In this document: piece after piece, positions 39,457-48,428 of the stretch
Position numbering within the stretch: position 1 is the first letter of the stretch
How the letters are laid out: each line of letters starts with the position of its first letter
Made by a program: the position numbers and the translations under genes
DNA from: a virus
Lineage: Duplodnaviria; Caudoviricetes
Reading direction: 5' to 3' (one strand)
DNA: 64,000 nt
Virus record (IMG/VR): IMGVR_UViG_2731957577_000001
Coordinates: 96,001 to 160,000 of that record
The notes under the pieces: generated by a model
What the model saw: only the letters and a program-made list of their open reading frames with translations
Database searches by the model: none
What the model was told of the DNA's origin: nothing

Positions 39457-39735
39457 CTACATCATGGGGACTTGTCGGACCTGAGTTTCGGCTTCGTCCC
39501 GAATCGGGGCAGCCAGAGGCCGGGAAACGAGCCGTGTCGATTTCGGGGTCGGATCGCTATCCCCTGCGTTGACCGTCACCTGATCCAAGGTGATGTAGTC
39601 ATTCGGGTCTGCGTACATGTGATAATACTGGTGCTGACGATCGACTTCGGCGATGGCTTTGTTCTGATCGTCATAGACAATCACATTGTCGACCGACCCG
39701 CTTCGCAGCAACGTGACGACAAATACGTCAGCCAT
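39457..39735 (-). CDS. Hypothetical protein (paralogue of 39750-40007)
   Basis: Shared D.(F/Y).VT...GS..D...Y...D.VT pattern. Confidence 0.65.
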   Translation of the reverse strand: MADVFVVTLLRSGSVDNVIVYDDQNKAIAEVDRQHQYYHMYADPNDYITLDQVTVNAGDSDPTPKSTRLVSRPLAAPIRDEAETQVRQVPMM

Positions 39736-39749
39736 GCATCATCCCTCCT

Positions 39750-40007
39750 TTAGAACTGCTGCCAGTTGTTGAACTCACAGGCCATGCGAGCAATACGCTC
39801 CGTCTGAACCGCGCCGTTCTGTCCACTAGACAGTGTGACATGGTCAATGGCTACATAGCCATCAATCTGGCCTTTGTGCCGCCAACGAAGCTCGATGGCC
39901 TTTTGACGAGCCGTGTCTTCGTCGGTCGCCACATACATGTCGCCCAGAGAACCGCATGAATACGTGACAATGTACAGGTCGCCCATGACTATCCCTCCTT
40001 TGGGCAT
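39750..40007 (-). CDS. Hypothetical protein
   Basis: AAAGGAGG RBS before MGDLY. Confidence 0.65.
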   Translation of the reverse strand: MPKGGIVMGDLYIVTYSCGSLGDMYVATDEDTARQKAIELRWRHKGQIDGYVAIDHVTLSSGQNGAVQTERIARMACEFNNWQQF

Positions 40008-40062
40008 AAAAAGTCCATGATGGGATAATCATAACACTCGGTGAAAGGCATTACAATACAAC

Positions 40063-40082
40063 CGCAAAACCGGCGATAGCCG
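40063..40082 (-). promoter_or_regulatory. Hairpin element, with an operator copy at 40042-40055
   Basis: Plus strand: CGCAAAAC-CGGC-GATA-GCCG. Confidence 0.5.
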
Positions 40083-40931
40083 TCAATGCAACACCCGAGT
40101 GGATTCCTGGATCACATCCTCGGGGAGATACACGGGGCGGGAAAGTGCCGTTCGGGCATTGAAGTTCGTATAGTGAGAGACGACTTCCCCACTAGAGAGA
40201 ATCGTATTGAGATACGAGGCAGCGATGAGCGCAGCCATTTCATTGGTCTGCATGCGCTGTGGCGCGTCCACCACCGTTTGGCCACAGGACTGCGTCGGAA
40301 GCCGGGAATCCTTATCCTCAAGGATATCCGGATACACCTCACCGACAGGCCCTAGAACGGTCTTCCCATGGATTTTGACACCACAGACGACATGTCCACC
40401 ATACCCGCTTTCTGCAATCTCTTCCTCGCTGCCTTCGGTCAACACAGCCTCGACACCGGTATCGATGTAGACCACCGTACCTTTGGATCCTTCAAACCAA
40501 GCATGCATCACTTGGCGAGAGGCATGATTGTCCACACAGCCAATGAGAATCCGAATGAGACGCCGGTATGCTGGAAAGACACCAAAACACGATTCAACGT
40601 CCTCAGGCGTCTCCACATACGACTCCTTATAGAACACCGGGATGTCGTAGACGGTACCATAACGCTCCGCGAGGACCTTAGACTTGGGGAGTCCAAGGTC
40701 CTCCGCGATGCAAGGCTGACGGAGAAGGTTCTTGGATTCGAACCGGTCTCCGTCGACGATGCAATAGCGAAAGCTGTCCAATGTACCTGCGGCATGGAAA
40801 GCATACAACATCTTGGCCAGTCTCTGGGTCAGGTATCCGCCATTTCCACCCGCACCTACCTGCACGATGTCAAAATGAAAATGGTGGGGCGTCCGATGAC
40901 GTGGCCAGACCCGAAGCACGGGATGAAACAT
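40083..40931 (-). CDS. ThiF/E1-like ubiquitin-activating enzyme (PRTRC-type)
   Basis: VGAGGNGG, VDGDRFE.KNL.RQ, K..VLAERY, GCVDN..SR, SC...Q...TN..AA. Confidence 0.9.
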   Translation of the reverse strand: MFHPVLRVWPRHRTPHHFHFDIVQVGAGGNGGYLTQRLAKMLYAFHAAGTLDSFRYCIVDGDRFESKNLLRQPCIAEDLGLPKSKVLAERYGTVYDIPVFYKESYVETPEDVESCFGVFPAYRRLIRILIGCVDNHASRQVMHAWFEGSKGTVVYIDTGVEAVLTEGSEEEIAESGYGGHVVCGVKIHGKTVLGPVGEVYPDILEDKDSRLPTQSCGQTVVDAPQRMQTNEMAALIAASYLNTILSSGEVVSHYTNFNARTALSRPVYLPEDVIQESTRVLH

Positions 40932-41034
40932 ATCCTCCCTCCCGTTATGTGGAAAGTATCGCGGCAAAGCGCGGCAGAAGCAGTTGATCCTGTCGACTCA
41001 ATGCCGTGTCTAGATACCGACACACTTCATAGAT

Positions 41035-41439
41035 TCAACCTTTCTTGGCTCCCTTAACGACCGGAACGATCTGTTTCTTCTCGGCATCAACCAGCATCTC
41101 GGTGCGCTCTTTTGACAGCTCAGGATAATCCGCCTCGAGCATCTGCCGGACTTCTTCCACCGTCATCTCATCCCGCGGCACGGGGATCTGATAGCCGGCA
41201 TAGTACACCATATAGTCTGTGCCAACCTTCTCAGGCGTCTTGGTGACGGTCTTCTTGACTGTGGTATTCTTCGACGACCGTTTCTGCGGCTTCGATGTTT
41301 CTGGCTCCTCAATCTCACCAAAGAGGTTGGTTACCGGTTCGTCGTCCTCTGGTTGCGGAGCGGCCGCTTCTGGTTGGTATCGATTCAATTCCTCGTTCGT
41401 GGTCACCTGATCCTCACGTTCCAGTTCCAAATCTGCCAT
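41035..41439 (-). CDS. Prokaryotic ubiquitin-like protein (PRTRC protein C-like) with an acidic disordered N-terminus
   Basis: MTVEEVRQMLEADYPELS...KGAKKG* ending in Gly. Confidence 0.75.
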   Translation of the reverse strand: MADLELEREDQVTTNEELNRYQPEAAAPQPEDDEPVTNLFGEIEEPETSKPQKRSSKNTTVKKTVTKTPEKVGTDYMVYYAGYQIPVPRDEMTVEEVRQMLEADYPELSKERTEMLVDAEKKQIVPVVKGAKKG

Positions 41440-41454
41440 GGGTCCTCTCTCCTC

Positions 41455-41628
41455 TCAGTCCAAGGAATCATAGAATTTTCGAATCATCGAGCCGATGATT
41501 TTCCATCCGATGTACACCACGAGAGCAAAAATCACGATGGGTGCAAGGAACATCAACACATGAAAGGCAATGTAGAGCACCAGCAAAATCAGGGCAATGA
41601 GACACAGAAATCGAAGCACAGGATTCAC
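41455..41628 (-). CDS. 57-aa membrane protein inside the E2-Ubl-E1 operon (not in the ORF track)
   Basis: MNPVLRFLCLIALILLVLYIAFHVLMFLAPIVIFALVVYIGWK... Confidence 0.55.
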   Translation of the reverse strand: MNPVLRFLCLIALILLVLYIAFHVLMFLAPIVIFALVVYIGWKIIGSMIRKFYDSLD

Positions 41629-41641
41629 CTCATATTCTTGA

Positions 41642-42322
41642 TCACCGCCGAATGGTTTTCTCGGCCCATTCGGAGAAGGTGAGGTTCAGCGGTGTCAAAA
41701 TGTCATTGTCAAACTCACCTCCCTGAAAGGTATCAAAAACTTGGCGCAGGGGCCAACCGGTCTGATTCGACCGTCCTTGAATGTAGAGGTGGTCATTATT
41801 CGGGGTTTGTACCCACCGATATGGAAACGTCTGTAGCTGAGTCAGAGACTTGACTTTCTCGTTGTCAAAGTAACAAAGCATCCCTCCGTGGTGGACGTTT
41901 GAATAGGGAAACTGATAGACTGGTGAATCGTCTTTCAGGAACTGGTCGGTATAACAGCACACAGCCGCATGGACCAGGCGCTCCCCTTTCACCCGGAAAG
42001 CAAAAACCATTTTGGGATAGGGCACTTGGTGAAAGGTATCCGTGTGGTACACGACGTCAAACTGTCCGCCTTCCCAGGTCAAAAAGACCCACTCCGACTC
42101 ATCCCCCATCTTGGCGTATTTGACCGTCCCGGGCGGCAGGGTCGGTGACGCAGCAACGAGCTCATATTGCTGGGCGGATGATTCCGAAGGCTCAATGGAC
42201 GAGAGTTCAATATAGTGCAACAAGCGATCGGTGGTGATATGAAACGAGCGCTTGACCCCGTCGTCATCAAACTCAATCAGGGGCAAGTGCTCATCATCCA
42301 ACGTGATTACAACGGCAGCCAT
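41642..42322 (-). CDS. Prokaryotic E2 family D protein (PRTRC protein B-like)
   Basis: VPYPKMVF...YQFPYSNV..GG.LC...NDHL. Confidence 0.8.
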   Translation of the reverse strand: MAAVVITLDDEHLPLIEFDDDGVKRSFHITTDRLLHYIELSSIEPSESSAQQYELVAASPTLPPGTVKYAKMGDESEWVFLTWEGGQFDVVYHTDTFHQVPYPKMVFAFRVKGERLVHAAVCCYTDQFLKDDSPVYQFPYSNVHHGGMLCYFDNEKVKSLTQLQTFPYRWVQTPNNDHLYIQGRSNQTGWPLRQVFDTFQGGEFDNDILTPLNLTFSEWAEKTIRR

Positions 42323-42957
42323 AACTGTTCGTACACCTCTTCCGGAACCGGAGATACACGGCTTTTACGTTTCTGAAAGAACTCATCCCATTCCCTCCAC
42401 GACGAGATGAATTCCTCAAGGGCTGAACTCATGATATTCCAGCCTTCCGCACTCACACAAAGAATTGGGGATTCTTCATCCAGCCAACCAGCATACAGCC
42501 AATAGCCGTCATACGTTTCTCCAAAACAGGCCGCAATGCTGCGTCGAAGGTCCTGGTACCGCTCGACTTCCCAATCGAACAGCCAGAAGTTCTCCATGTC
42601 ATGAAAGACGAGACGAAAGAGCAAATTCTCTCCGGGAATGCTGTCATAATCCGTGGCTTGTGGATCCTCCACGGAAACTCGGTCACCCGTAATCACCTTC
42701 AACATATCCAGAAACATGTTGGTGGTATCGCAATAGGGGTCATACCCTTCATCAAAGACGAGCAACTTTTCCTCGAGCGGATACCCGTTCATTTGCATGA
42801 GCTTCATCATGCGAAGCCGGTCAAGACACGCCAGATAATGGACGACGGTTTCATAGTCCGGGAGCATCGAACCACTCTCCCCTAAAAGAATGTGACAGAC
42901 CGCTTGGCGGCTGGCAACATGGAAAAGCCATAGATCAAATCCTTCATACGAATCCAC
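42307..42957 (-). CDS. Acidic hypothetical protein
   Basis: Overlaps the E2 start; ends EQLWLPL. Confidence 0.6.
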   Translation of the reverse strand: MDSYEGFDLWLFHVASRQAVCHILLGESGSMLPDYETVVHYLACLDRLRMMKLMQMNGYPLEEKLLVFDEGYDPYCDTTNMFLDMLKVITGDRVSVEDPQATDYDSIPGENLLFRLVFHDMENFWLFDWEVERYQDLRRSIAACFGETYDGYWLYAGWLDEESPILCVSAEGWNIMSSALEEFISSWREWDEFFQKRKSRVSPVPEEVYEQLWLPL

Positions 42958-43217
42958 TCATAGACGGGATGACCTTGGGCATCCTCCAGATTGTCGGCCT
43001 CAGCTGTCGGACAATACGCCATCGAATCCATGGCAAAGTCAATGCTCTGCAGGTCGATCTGTTTCAACTCCTCAAGGGTGACACGATCCCGATTGTGAAT
43101 CAGGTCAAAAAGCGGGAACTGAACCTCGGTCTGGCGAACCTCCGACTCTGGCAATGACGCCGTTGTAAGGAGAAGCTGCTTGAACTTATCGGTGTAGATC
43201 CTTGGCACGGCGCTCAT
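42882..43217 (-). CDS. Hypothetical protein, first gene of the Ubl operon
   Basis: GGAGGAG RBS. Confidence 0.6.
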   Translation of the reverse strand: MSAVPRIYTDKFKQLLLTTASLPESEVRQTEVQFPLFDLIHNRDRVTLEELKQIDLQSIDFAMDSMAYCPTAEADNLEDAQGHPVYEWIRMKDLIYGFSMLPAAKRSVTFF

Positions 43218-43279
43218 ACTCCTCCTCCCCCCCCTTGTTCTTCAACGGCTGAATACACCATCTACCCTATGTTTCCCCA

Positions 43280-43322
43280 TGTAATGCACTTCAAGTATGA
43301 AAAGGATTACAAGGAAGATCAA
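43280..43322 (-). promoter_or_regulatory. Sigma-A-like promoter plus operator copy
   Basis: TTGATC-N17-CATACT directly followed by TGAAGTGCATTACA (43280-43293). Confidence 0.55.
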
Positions 43323-43373
43323 CTACGGGAAAGAAAAAGCCCAGATCACGAAGTGACCCGGGCCAAAGGCGGC

Positions 43374-45236
43374 TCAGCCAGCCGCTTGCCGTCGCTCTCG
43401 GTTTTTGAGCATCCACTCGACTGCAAGTTTCGTGACATCCACCTTTCTCGCAGCCTTGCCACTCTCAAGAATCTGATCGGCCAGCTCCGCCTTGCGCTGG
43501 ATAATCTCTAGGATCTGCTCATCAAACGAATTGCTCATCACGTAGTAATAGATCGTAATGTTCTTGGCACGGTTTCCGGTACGGTCAATTCGACCAATTC
43601 GTTGTTCAAGGAGCGTGTGATCCCAAGGCAAATCGATCATGACCATATAGTTCGCGACCTGCAGATTCAAGCCAGTAGAGGCCGCATCGGTGGCCACGAA
43701 CGCCTTGACGCTTGGATCCTCGACAAAGCGACGAACCGCTTCCTCCTTCTCAGAGGTCGGTAGCTGACCGTGATACAAGACACTGTTGGGAAGCTCGCGA
43801 TGAATGATTTCGGCCATGCGAGCAAACCGCGTAAAGATCACGACCTTGGATTCAGGTTCATCATAGGTCATGCTCTTATAGAATTCCTTGAGCTGCTCAA
43901 TCTTTGGAGACTTAAAGTCCTTATCTGTAATGGCCAGTTCTTTGACGATCTGGTCGGCCATCGTGGAGCCCGACATGTGAAATAGCTCAAGGGTATCACA
44001 CGCACCCACAAGGAAGTTGTAATACCCCTGGACGCGCGCGTCGATGGCATCCAGCGCTTCCTCGGTCGAGACCAGCTGACCATGCAGGAACTGAAACGAC
44101 TTTCCGGACGAGCGGAGTTTGCTGGACTCCTCCCTCGCCTCTGCGATTTTCTCCAGGATCGCATCATGAACTTGTGCCTGTTTCGGCGTCATGTCAAGGA
44201 ACAGGTGGCTATGCTGCACCTCCGGAAGCTGTTGCTGAATCTCCGGCATGTCCTTCGTCCGCCGGATGAAATGCGGCGCAATCCGGTAATGCAACTCACC
44301 CATGTTCTGATACCCATTGATCCCGTACCGTGGATGATACTTGCAGTAACGCTCACGGAAGCGCTCCCACGGCCCCAGAATGTTCTCATCCAGAAAGTAG
44401 AACAGACTCCAAATCTCCTCGGCCTTGCCCACAACCGGGGTTGCCGTAGCGAGAAAGCGATATGGGATATGACGAAGCTGATGCACCGCCGCCGCATTTT
44501 GGGACGGCTTGAGCCGCAACATCTTGTCGGTCACACCGGTCTTGATCTTTTGGGCCTCATCGAGAGCCACAATGTCAAGCGGTAGTTTCTTGATCCGCTC
44601 CAGATAGTCCTTGGTCCGAAAGGTTTCATAGTTGACGATCAAGAAACGGACATCGCTGTTCTCGAATTTCTCAATGGCGCCAATGCGCTGCGCCGGCGTG
44701 CCGGCCACGACGATGGCGTCCTCTCCGGTAAACTTGTCAATCTCTCGCGCCCACTGACGCTTGAGGGAATTCAGGGTCACAATCAATGCCCGACGGGCCT
44801 TCCCACGCTCAAAAAGGCGCATACAGGCACCAATGAGCTGCGGGGTTTTACCTAGGCCACAGCCGTCAAATGTGGCAGCACAACCTCGGTCGACCAGGAA
44901 GTTGGCACCGACTTTTTGATATGGATACAGTGGGACCTTGAACGACGGAAAATCCGTGTCCTGCTCCCACTGGAGATGTCTCTGAACCAATTCATCTTCA
45001 ATCGGGAGGCCCTCCGCCTCAACAATTTCGCGAAGCGGCGTCATCCAAATGATCTGATTTGGGAACAGCACAAGTAGACGTGAGACCTGTTCGCGGCCAC
45101 ACATCCATTCCCCCGTTTTCAAGTTGAAACTCCGGCCTGGAATGGTGCGGATCTTCTCGAGGGTAAAATCAAACGTCTCTTGGGAATCAAGAATCTTCAT
45201 GTAGAGGTTCCCAAATTGCATTCGTACCTGGATCAT
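43374..45236 (-). CDS. SNF2-family helicase with a HARP-like N-terminus
   Basis: LYPYQ, DGCGLGKT, DEAQKIK, TATP, GLNLQ, QRIGRIDRTG. Confidence 0.92.
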   Translation of the reverse strand: MIQVRMQFGNLYMKILDSQETFDFTLEKIRTIPGRSFNLKTGEWMCGREQVSRLLVLFPNQIIWMTPLREIVEAEGLPIEDELVQRHLQWEQDTDFPSFKVPLYPYQKVGANFLVDRGCAATFDGCGLGKTPQLIGACMRLFERGKARRALIVTLNSLKRQWAREIDKFTGEDAIVVAGTPAQRIGAIEKFENSDVRFLIVNYETFRTKDYLERIKKLPLDIVALDEAQKIKTGVTDKMLRLKPSQNAAAVHQLRHIPYRFLATATPVVGKAEEIWSLFYFLDENILGPWERFRERYCKYHPRYGINGYQNMGELHYRIAPHFIRRTKDMPEIQQQLPEVQHSHLFLDMTPKQAQVHDAILEKIAEAREESSKLRSSGKSFQFLHGQLVSTEEALDAIDARVQGYYNFLVGACDTLELFHMSGSTMADQIVKELAITDKDFKSPKIEQLKEFYKSMTYDEPESKVVIFTRFARMAEIIHRELPNSVLYHGQLPTSEKEEAVRRFVEDPSVKAFVATDAASTGLNLQVANYMVMIDLPWDHTLLEQRIGRIDRTGNRAKNITIYYYVMSNSFDEQILEIIQRKAELADQILESGKAARKVDVTKLAVEWMLKNRERRQAAG

Positions 45237-45391
45237 GTGCAGACCTCCCTTCTCGCTCGAATAACAAGACTCCTACTTTGCATTATAGCACAATGGGAAT
45301 GCCCGCAGTATCAAGCCTTGGATTTCACCGGTTTTCGCGGCCTTTTTCTAAAAATCGAGTGGATGTCGGTCCGGAAGGGCCTCGGTTTTTA

Positions 45392-45420
45392 GAAAAAGAC
45401 GGGGAGCATGAACGCTCCCC
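45392..45420 (-). terminator. Intrinsic terminator
   Basis: GGGGAGC/GCTCCCC stem followed by GTCTTTTT. Confidence 0.65.
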
Positions 45421-45427
45421 TGCCCTC

Positions 45428-46414
45428 TCACTTTGTTCCGACGAGTGTACCCCAAGCCGGCTTGTTCAGTGCGCCCCAAGTTGTCGCTTGCGAGGACGGG
45501 GTCTGGGGCGCACCAAACGAAGCATTGGGTTGGCCTTGGCCGGAAGACGCCGCAGCAAATGGATTGTTCCCGGTTCCATTGGGAACCATACCGGCAAACA
45601 GCGGTGACGGCTGACTCTGAGGCTGTGTATTCGCTTGGGCCGGCGGTTGGACAGCCTGCGCTTGTAGCTGTTTGAGAGCTTCCGCCAACGCGTGTTCCAG
45701 AATCTCTTGCTCCACGATATATGCCATCGCCGCATACTTACTGGAGATGGGCTGTAGGTATACAATCTCCGCGTTTTCCGTGGAGATGAGCGCGCCTTGC
45801 TCACTCATGCCAGTCACCAACGCACGAATCTTCGGCTGGTCCTCCCGGCTCTCCTGGTGGATGCGGAGGAAACGCGCCTTGGAGGGGGCAAACTGAGCAT
45901 TATGCTCCACAAACGTATCGGTGTTTGCATCCCACTGCGCATCCGAACCAATCAAGTGACGCTGACCCGGAGCTGACTTGGAATCCGTGACCTTGAAGTT
46001 GATCATCAGCATGTAGAACGGACTGCGTTCGTCCGTAATGACCATGTTCACGCTGACACTGTTCTGGTTCTGACGAACGCTAAACCGCGCCACACCCGGA
46101 TACTCATACACCGCATAGGCACCGCGTTGACTCTGCTGGACTCCATCGCCGGCCCGGAATCGCTGATCCAGCGACAGCACCTCGTTATACACGGGAGTGA
46201 AGTTCGCAATCCGAAGGGCGCTGAACGTCTCCTTGCCGTCATACAGGCGCGGGTTGCCCTGCGTGTACAGACGCGGATAGTACGTCAGGCTCCAGCCCTT
46301 TGTAATGGACTCCGAGGCATCGGTGACGATGACCGGATAGGCTCCGTTTGGCGTCTGTGCCTTCACTTCGACCTTGGTGTTGGCCTTGATGATCTCCGCA
46401 ATCCGATTGAACAT
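45428..46414 (-). CDS. Hypothetical protein with a Q/P-rich tail
   Basis: Start MFNRIAE after AAAGGAG. Confidence 0.75.
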   Translation of the reverse strand: MFNRIAEIIKANTKVEVKAQTPNGAYPVIVTDASESITKGWSLTYYPRLYTQGNPRLYDGKETFSALRIANFTPVYNEVLSLDQRFRAGDGVQQSQRGAYAVYEYPGVARFSVRQNQNSVSVNMVITDERSPFYMLMINFKVTDSKSAPGQRHLIGSDAQWDANTDTFVEHNAQFAPSKARFLRIHQESREDQPKIRALVTGMSEQGALISTENAEIVYLQPISSKYAAMAYIVEQEILEHALAEALKQLQAQAVQPPAQANTQPQSQPSPLFAGMVPNGTGNNPFAAASSGQGQPNASFGAPQTPSSQATTWGALNKPAWGTLVGTK

Positions 46415-46436
46415 GCAAAACCACTCCTTTGAAGGG

Positions 46437-46547
46437 TTAATGGACTTTCTTTGCAAGCGCCCAGAGGGCGAGAATCATAAGCCAAAAGGGCAGATATTCG
46501 AGTTGACCTGTAATGACGAGCAAGATGAACGACAGCACCCAAAACAC
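46437..46547 (-). CDS. 36-aa hydrophobic peptide (not in the ORF track)
   Basis: MFWVLSFILLVITGQLEYLPFWLMILALWALAKKVH. Confidence 0.4.
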   Translation of the reverse strand: MFWVLSFILLVITGQLEYLPFWLMILALWALAKKVH

Positions 46548-46580
46548 CGGTTTGTATCAACCCCCTGCCCTGTCGGCTTT

Positions 46581-46604
46581 CCCCTAAATGCGGTGATAAC
46601 CGCA
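46581..46604 (-). promoter_or_regulatory. Hairpin element
   Basis: Plus strand: CCCCTAAA-TGCGGT-GATA-ACCGCA. Confidence 0.6.
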
Positions 46605-46613
46605 ACAAAGAGG

Positions 46614-47123
46614 CTACGCATAGCTCACTTCGAGGAGACGACGTTTCGCTCGTTGAGCATACTCAGAGGCAGTATGAGCGACGAGGATGTTGTTGTCAGG
46701 AATCGGAGAATCCTTCTGGTACATGACCTTGTAGTTCAACACTCTGTGTTCTGGCCCCGCCAGCAACTCATAGAGTTGCATCCATAGGTCACGGTTATGA
46801 AGGTCCTCCCCATCCCTCCGCTTGAAGTCATTGCGTGCCCATTCATGGAGGTACTTATTGATGCCCGTACTGACCTGCGGTTGCGTCGTATAGATGGTCA
46901 AAAAGCACTGGTTCCGAAGGGTCTTCACCCCTTCCACGACAGCCTTCAGCGCCATACGGGTCTGTGTGGTCTCTAACGCATAGCCAGCCAGTGTCTTTGT
47001 CACATGGCGACCTAGGAGATAGGAGTGAAGGTGTGCAGCCCACCCTCCTGCCCCATCCGAGCCGACCGATCCCGCGATCCACATCTCAACCTTGAGCCGG
47101 TCCCACACCAGCTTATTGGACAT
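46614..47123 (-). CDS. RNase HI-fold protein lacking catalytic carboxylates
   Basis: WIAGS/TTQTRMAL/YTTQ/NRDLW align to TDG/TTNNRMEL/SDS/N..W. Confidence 0.75.
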   Translation of the reverse strand: MSNKLVWDRLKVEMWIAGSVGSDGAGGWAAHLHSYLLGRHVTKTLAGYALETTQTRMALKAVVEGVKTLRNQCFLTIYTTQPQVSTGINKYLHEWARNDFKRRDGEDLHNRDLWMQLYELLAGPEHRVLNYKVMYQKDSPIPDNNILVAHTASEYAQRAKRRLLEVSYA

Positions 47124-47163
47124 GCCTCTCCCCTCCCCTTGAGCTTTCTCATAGGCGGTGTGC

Positions 47164-47196
47164 AAAACAAAAAAGCCCCTAGAGAACCAGGAGCTT
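47164..47196 (-). terminator. Intrinsic terminator
   Basis: AAGCTCCTGG...CTAGGGGCTTTTTTGTTTT. Confidence 0.6.
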
Positions 47197-47271
47197 GGGT
47201 TGCCGTGGGTAATTCCCCAAAAGGCGCCGAAAGGCGCAGGAAAAAGATTGTCAGAATCATGATCCAATCGA

Positions 47272-47817
47272 TCAAGGAACAAAGATCCGCTTTTCGTTAG
47301 GATGAAATGCAATCACCGGCACACCTCGTTCCTTCGCATAGGAAACGATCATCCCTGTCCCGCTTGGCGTCCCATCCCATACGGCAATGAGCCCATCGGA
47401 TCGATCCACCATGTACCGGTTCCTCCGCATCAAGCACTCGGGGCCGTCATATGGCCCCTGTGTGACAAAGTTCACGAAATCCGCAGATTGCATGTGTGCA
47501 TGGAGTTTTCTCCGGTCCTCCTCCCTCCAATTCCTCCCGTGATCCGTTGACGGAAGACAAAGCACCAGATGGATGTTGTACTTTCCGTGCCCCTCTGCCC
47601 TCCTCTTCGCTTCGAGGACTAAATCGGCAGCCCAGGTATCGACGCCTAATGCACCTCCGGTGACGAAGCCAACGGTTTTGTACTTGTAGACAACGCGATG
47701 AATCATTTGTCGCAGGAATTGAATGACAGAACGCCGGATGGGATTGTCTTTATACCCTCCTAACCGTCCCGGCCGATGGCCGGTAAACGCATAGATTGGC
47801 ATCTTGTTCACCTCCAA
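47272..47817 (-). CDS. SLOG-superfamily (YpsA/DUF1273-like) protein
   Basis: FTGHRP, TGGALGVD.WAA, RNRYMVD.SD.LIAVWDG..SGT. Confidence 0.85.
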   Translation of the reverse strand: MEVNKMPIYAFTGHRPGRLGGYKDNPIRRSVIQFLRQMIHRVVYKYKTVGFVTGGALGVDTWAADLVLEAKRRAEGHGKYNIHLVLCLPSTDHGRNWREEDRRKLHAHMQSADFVNFVTQGPYDGPECLMRRNRYMVDRSDGLIAVWDGTPSGTGMIVSYAKERGVPVIAFHPNEKRIFVP

Positions 47818-47846
47818 GATAGCTCAGATAGACTCGGTAAGTGTCT

Positions 47847-48280
47847 ACCTATGACACTTCATGGCGAGCGAGTGATAAATGAACTATGACATAGATTATG
47901 AGATACGACGACCTATGAGACTTGAGGGCGAGCGAGTTATAAATGATCGAGTGAGATTTGATATCTATGATAACTCGACAAATTACATAAGGAGCTATCT
48001 ATGAACTTGCAAGACGGGCGACATGGATTCAATAGACGCACCTATGAATTCTGGAGATAGTCGATATATCTATGAATGAAATATCTATGAGATATGAAAC
48101 GGAGCGGGTTATCAATGATAGATATCGATATGACATATGGAGATTGGCGAGATATACGATAGAAGCTACGATATGAGACGTGAGAGATGTCTGGGAAAAA
48201 CTATCGAAACCTAGCTATGAGATGTGATGGCGGGCGGGATATATGTCGAAGGGGAGGTGGTGACATTTCGCGACGGGCGG
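47847..48280. repeat. Non-coding CTATGA / GGCGAGCGAG repeat region (centromere- or origin-like)
   Basis: Nine exact CTATGA plus variants; near-identical 36-bp direct repeat at 47847 and 47911. Confidence 0.7.
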
Positions 48281-48360
48281 GTTCTGGCAAAGGGTCTGGA
48301 ACAAATCATATCGATGAGATTGCAAGATGAGCGAGATGGATACGAGCTATTCCAGAGCCT

Positions 48361-48389
48361 TTGACATGGCTCGAAAGGTGGGGTACAAC
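48361..48389 (+). promoter_or_regulatory. Sigma-A promoter
   Basis: TTGACA-N17-TACAAC. Confidence 0.6.
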
Positions 48390-48428
48390 GGAGGAAAGAG
48401 GGCAGGCCATGAAAGGTGAGATAGCTAT

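Noticed and set aside
40945-41034. Selenocysteine/readthrough extension or JAB remnant after the Ubl TGA
   Set aside because: Only 29 codons, with no recognisable SECIS or JAB motif; chance is sufficient.
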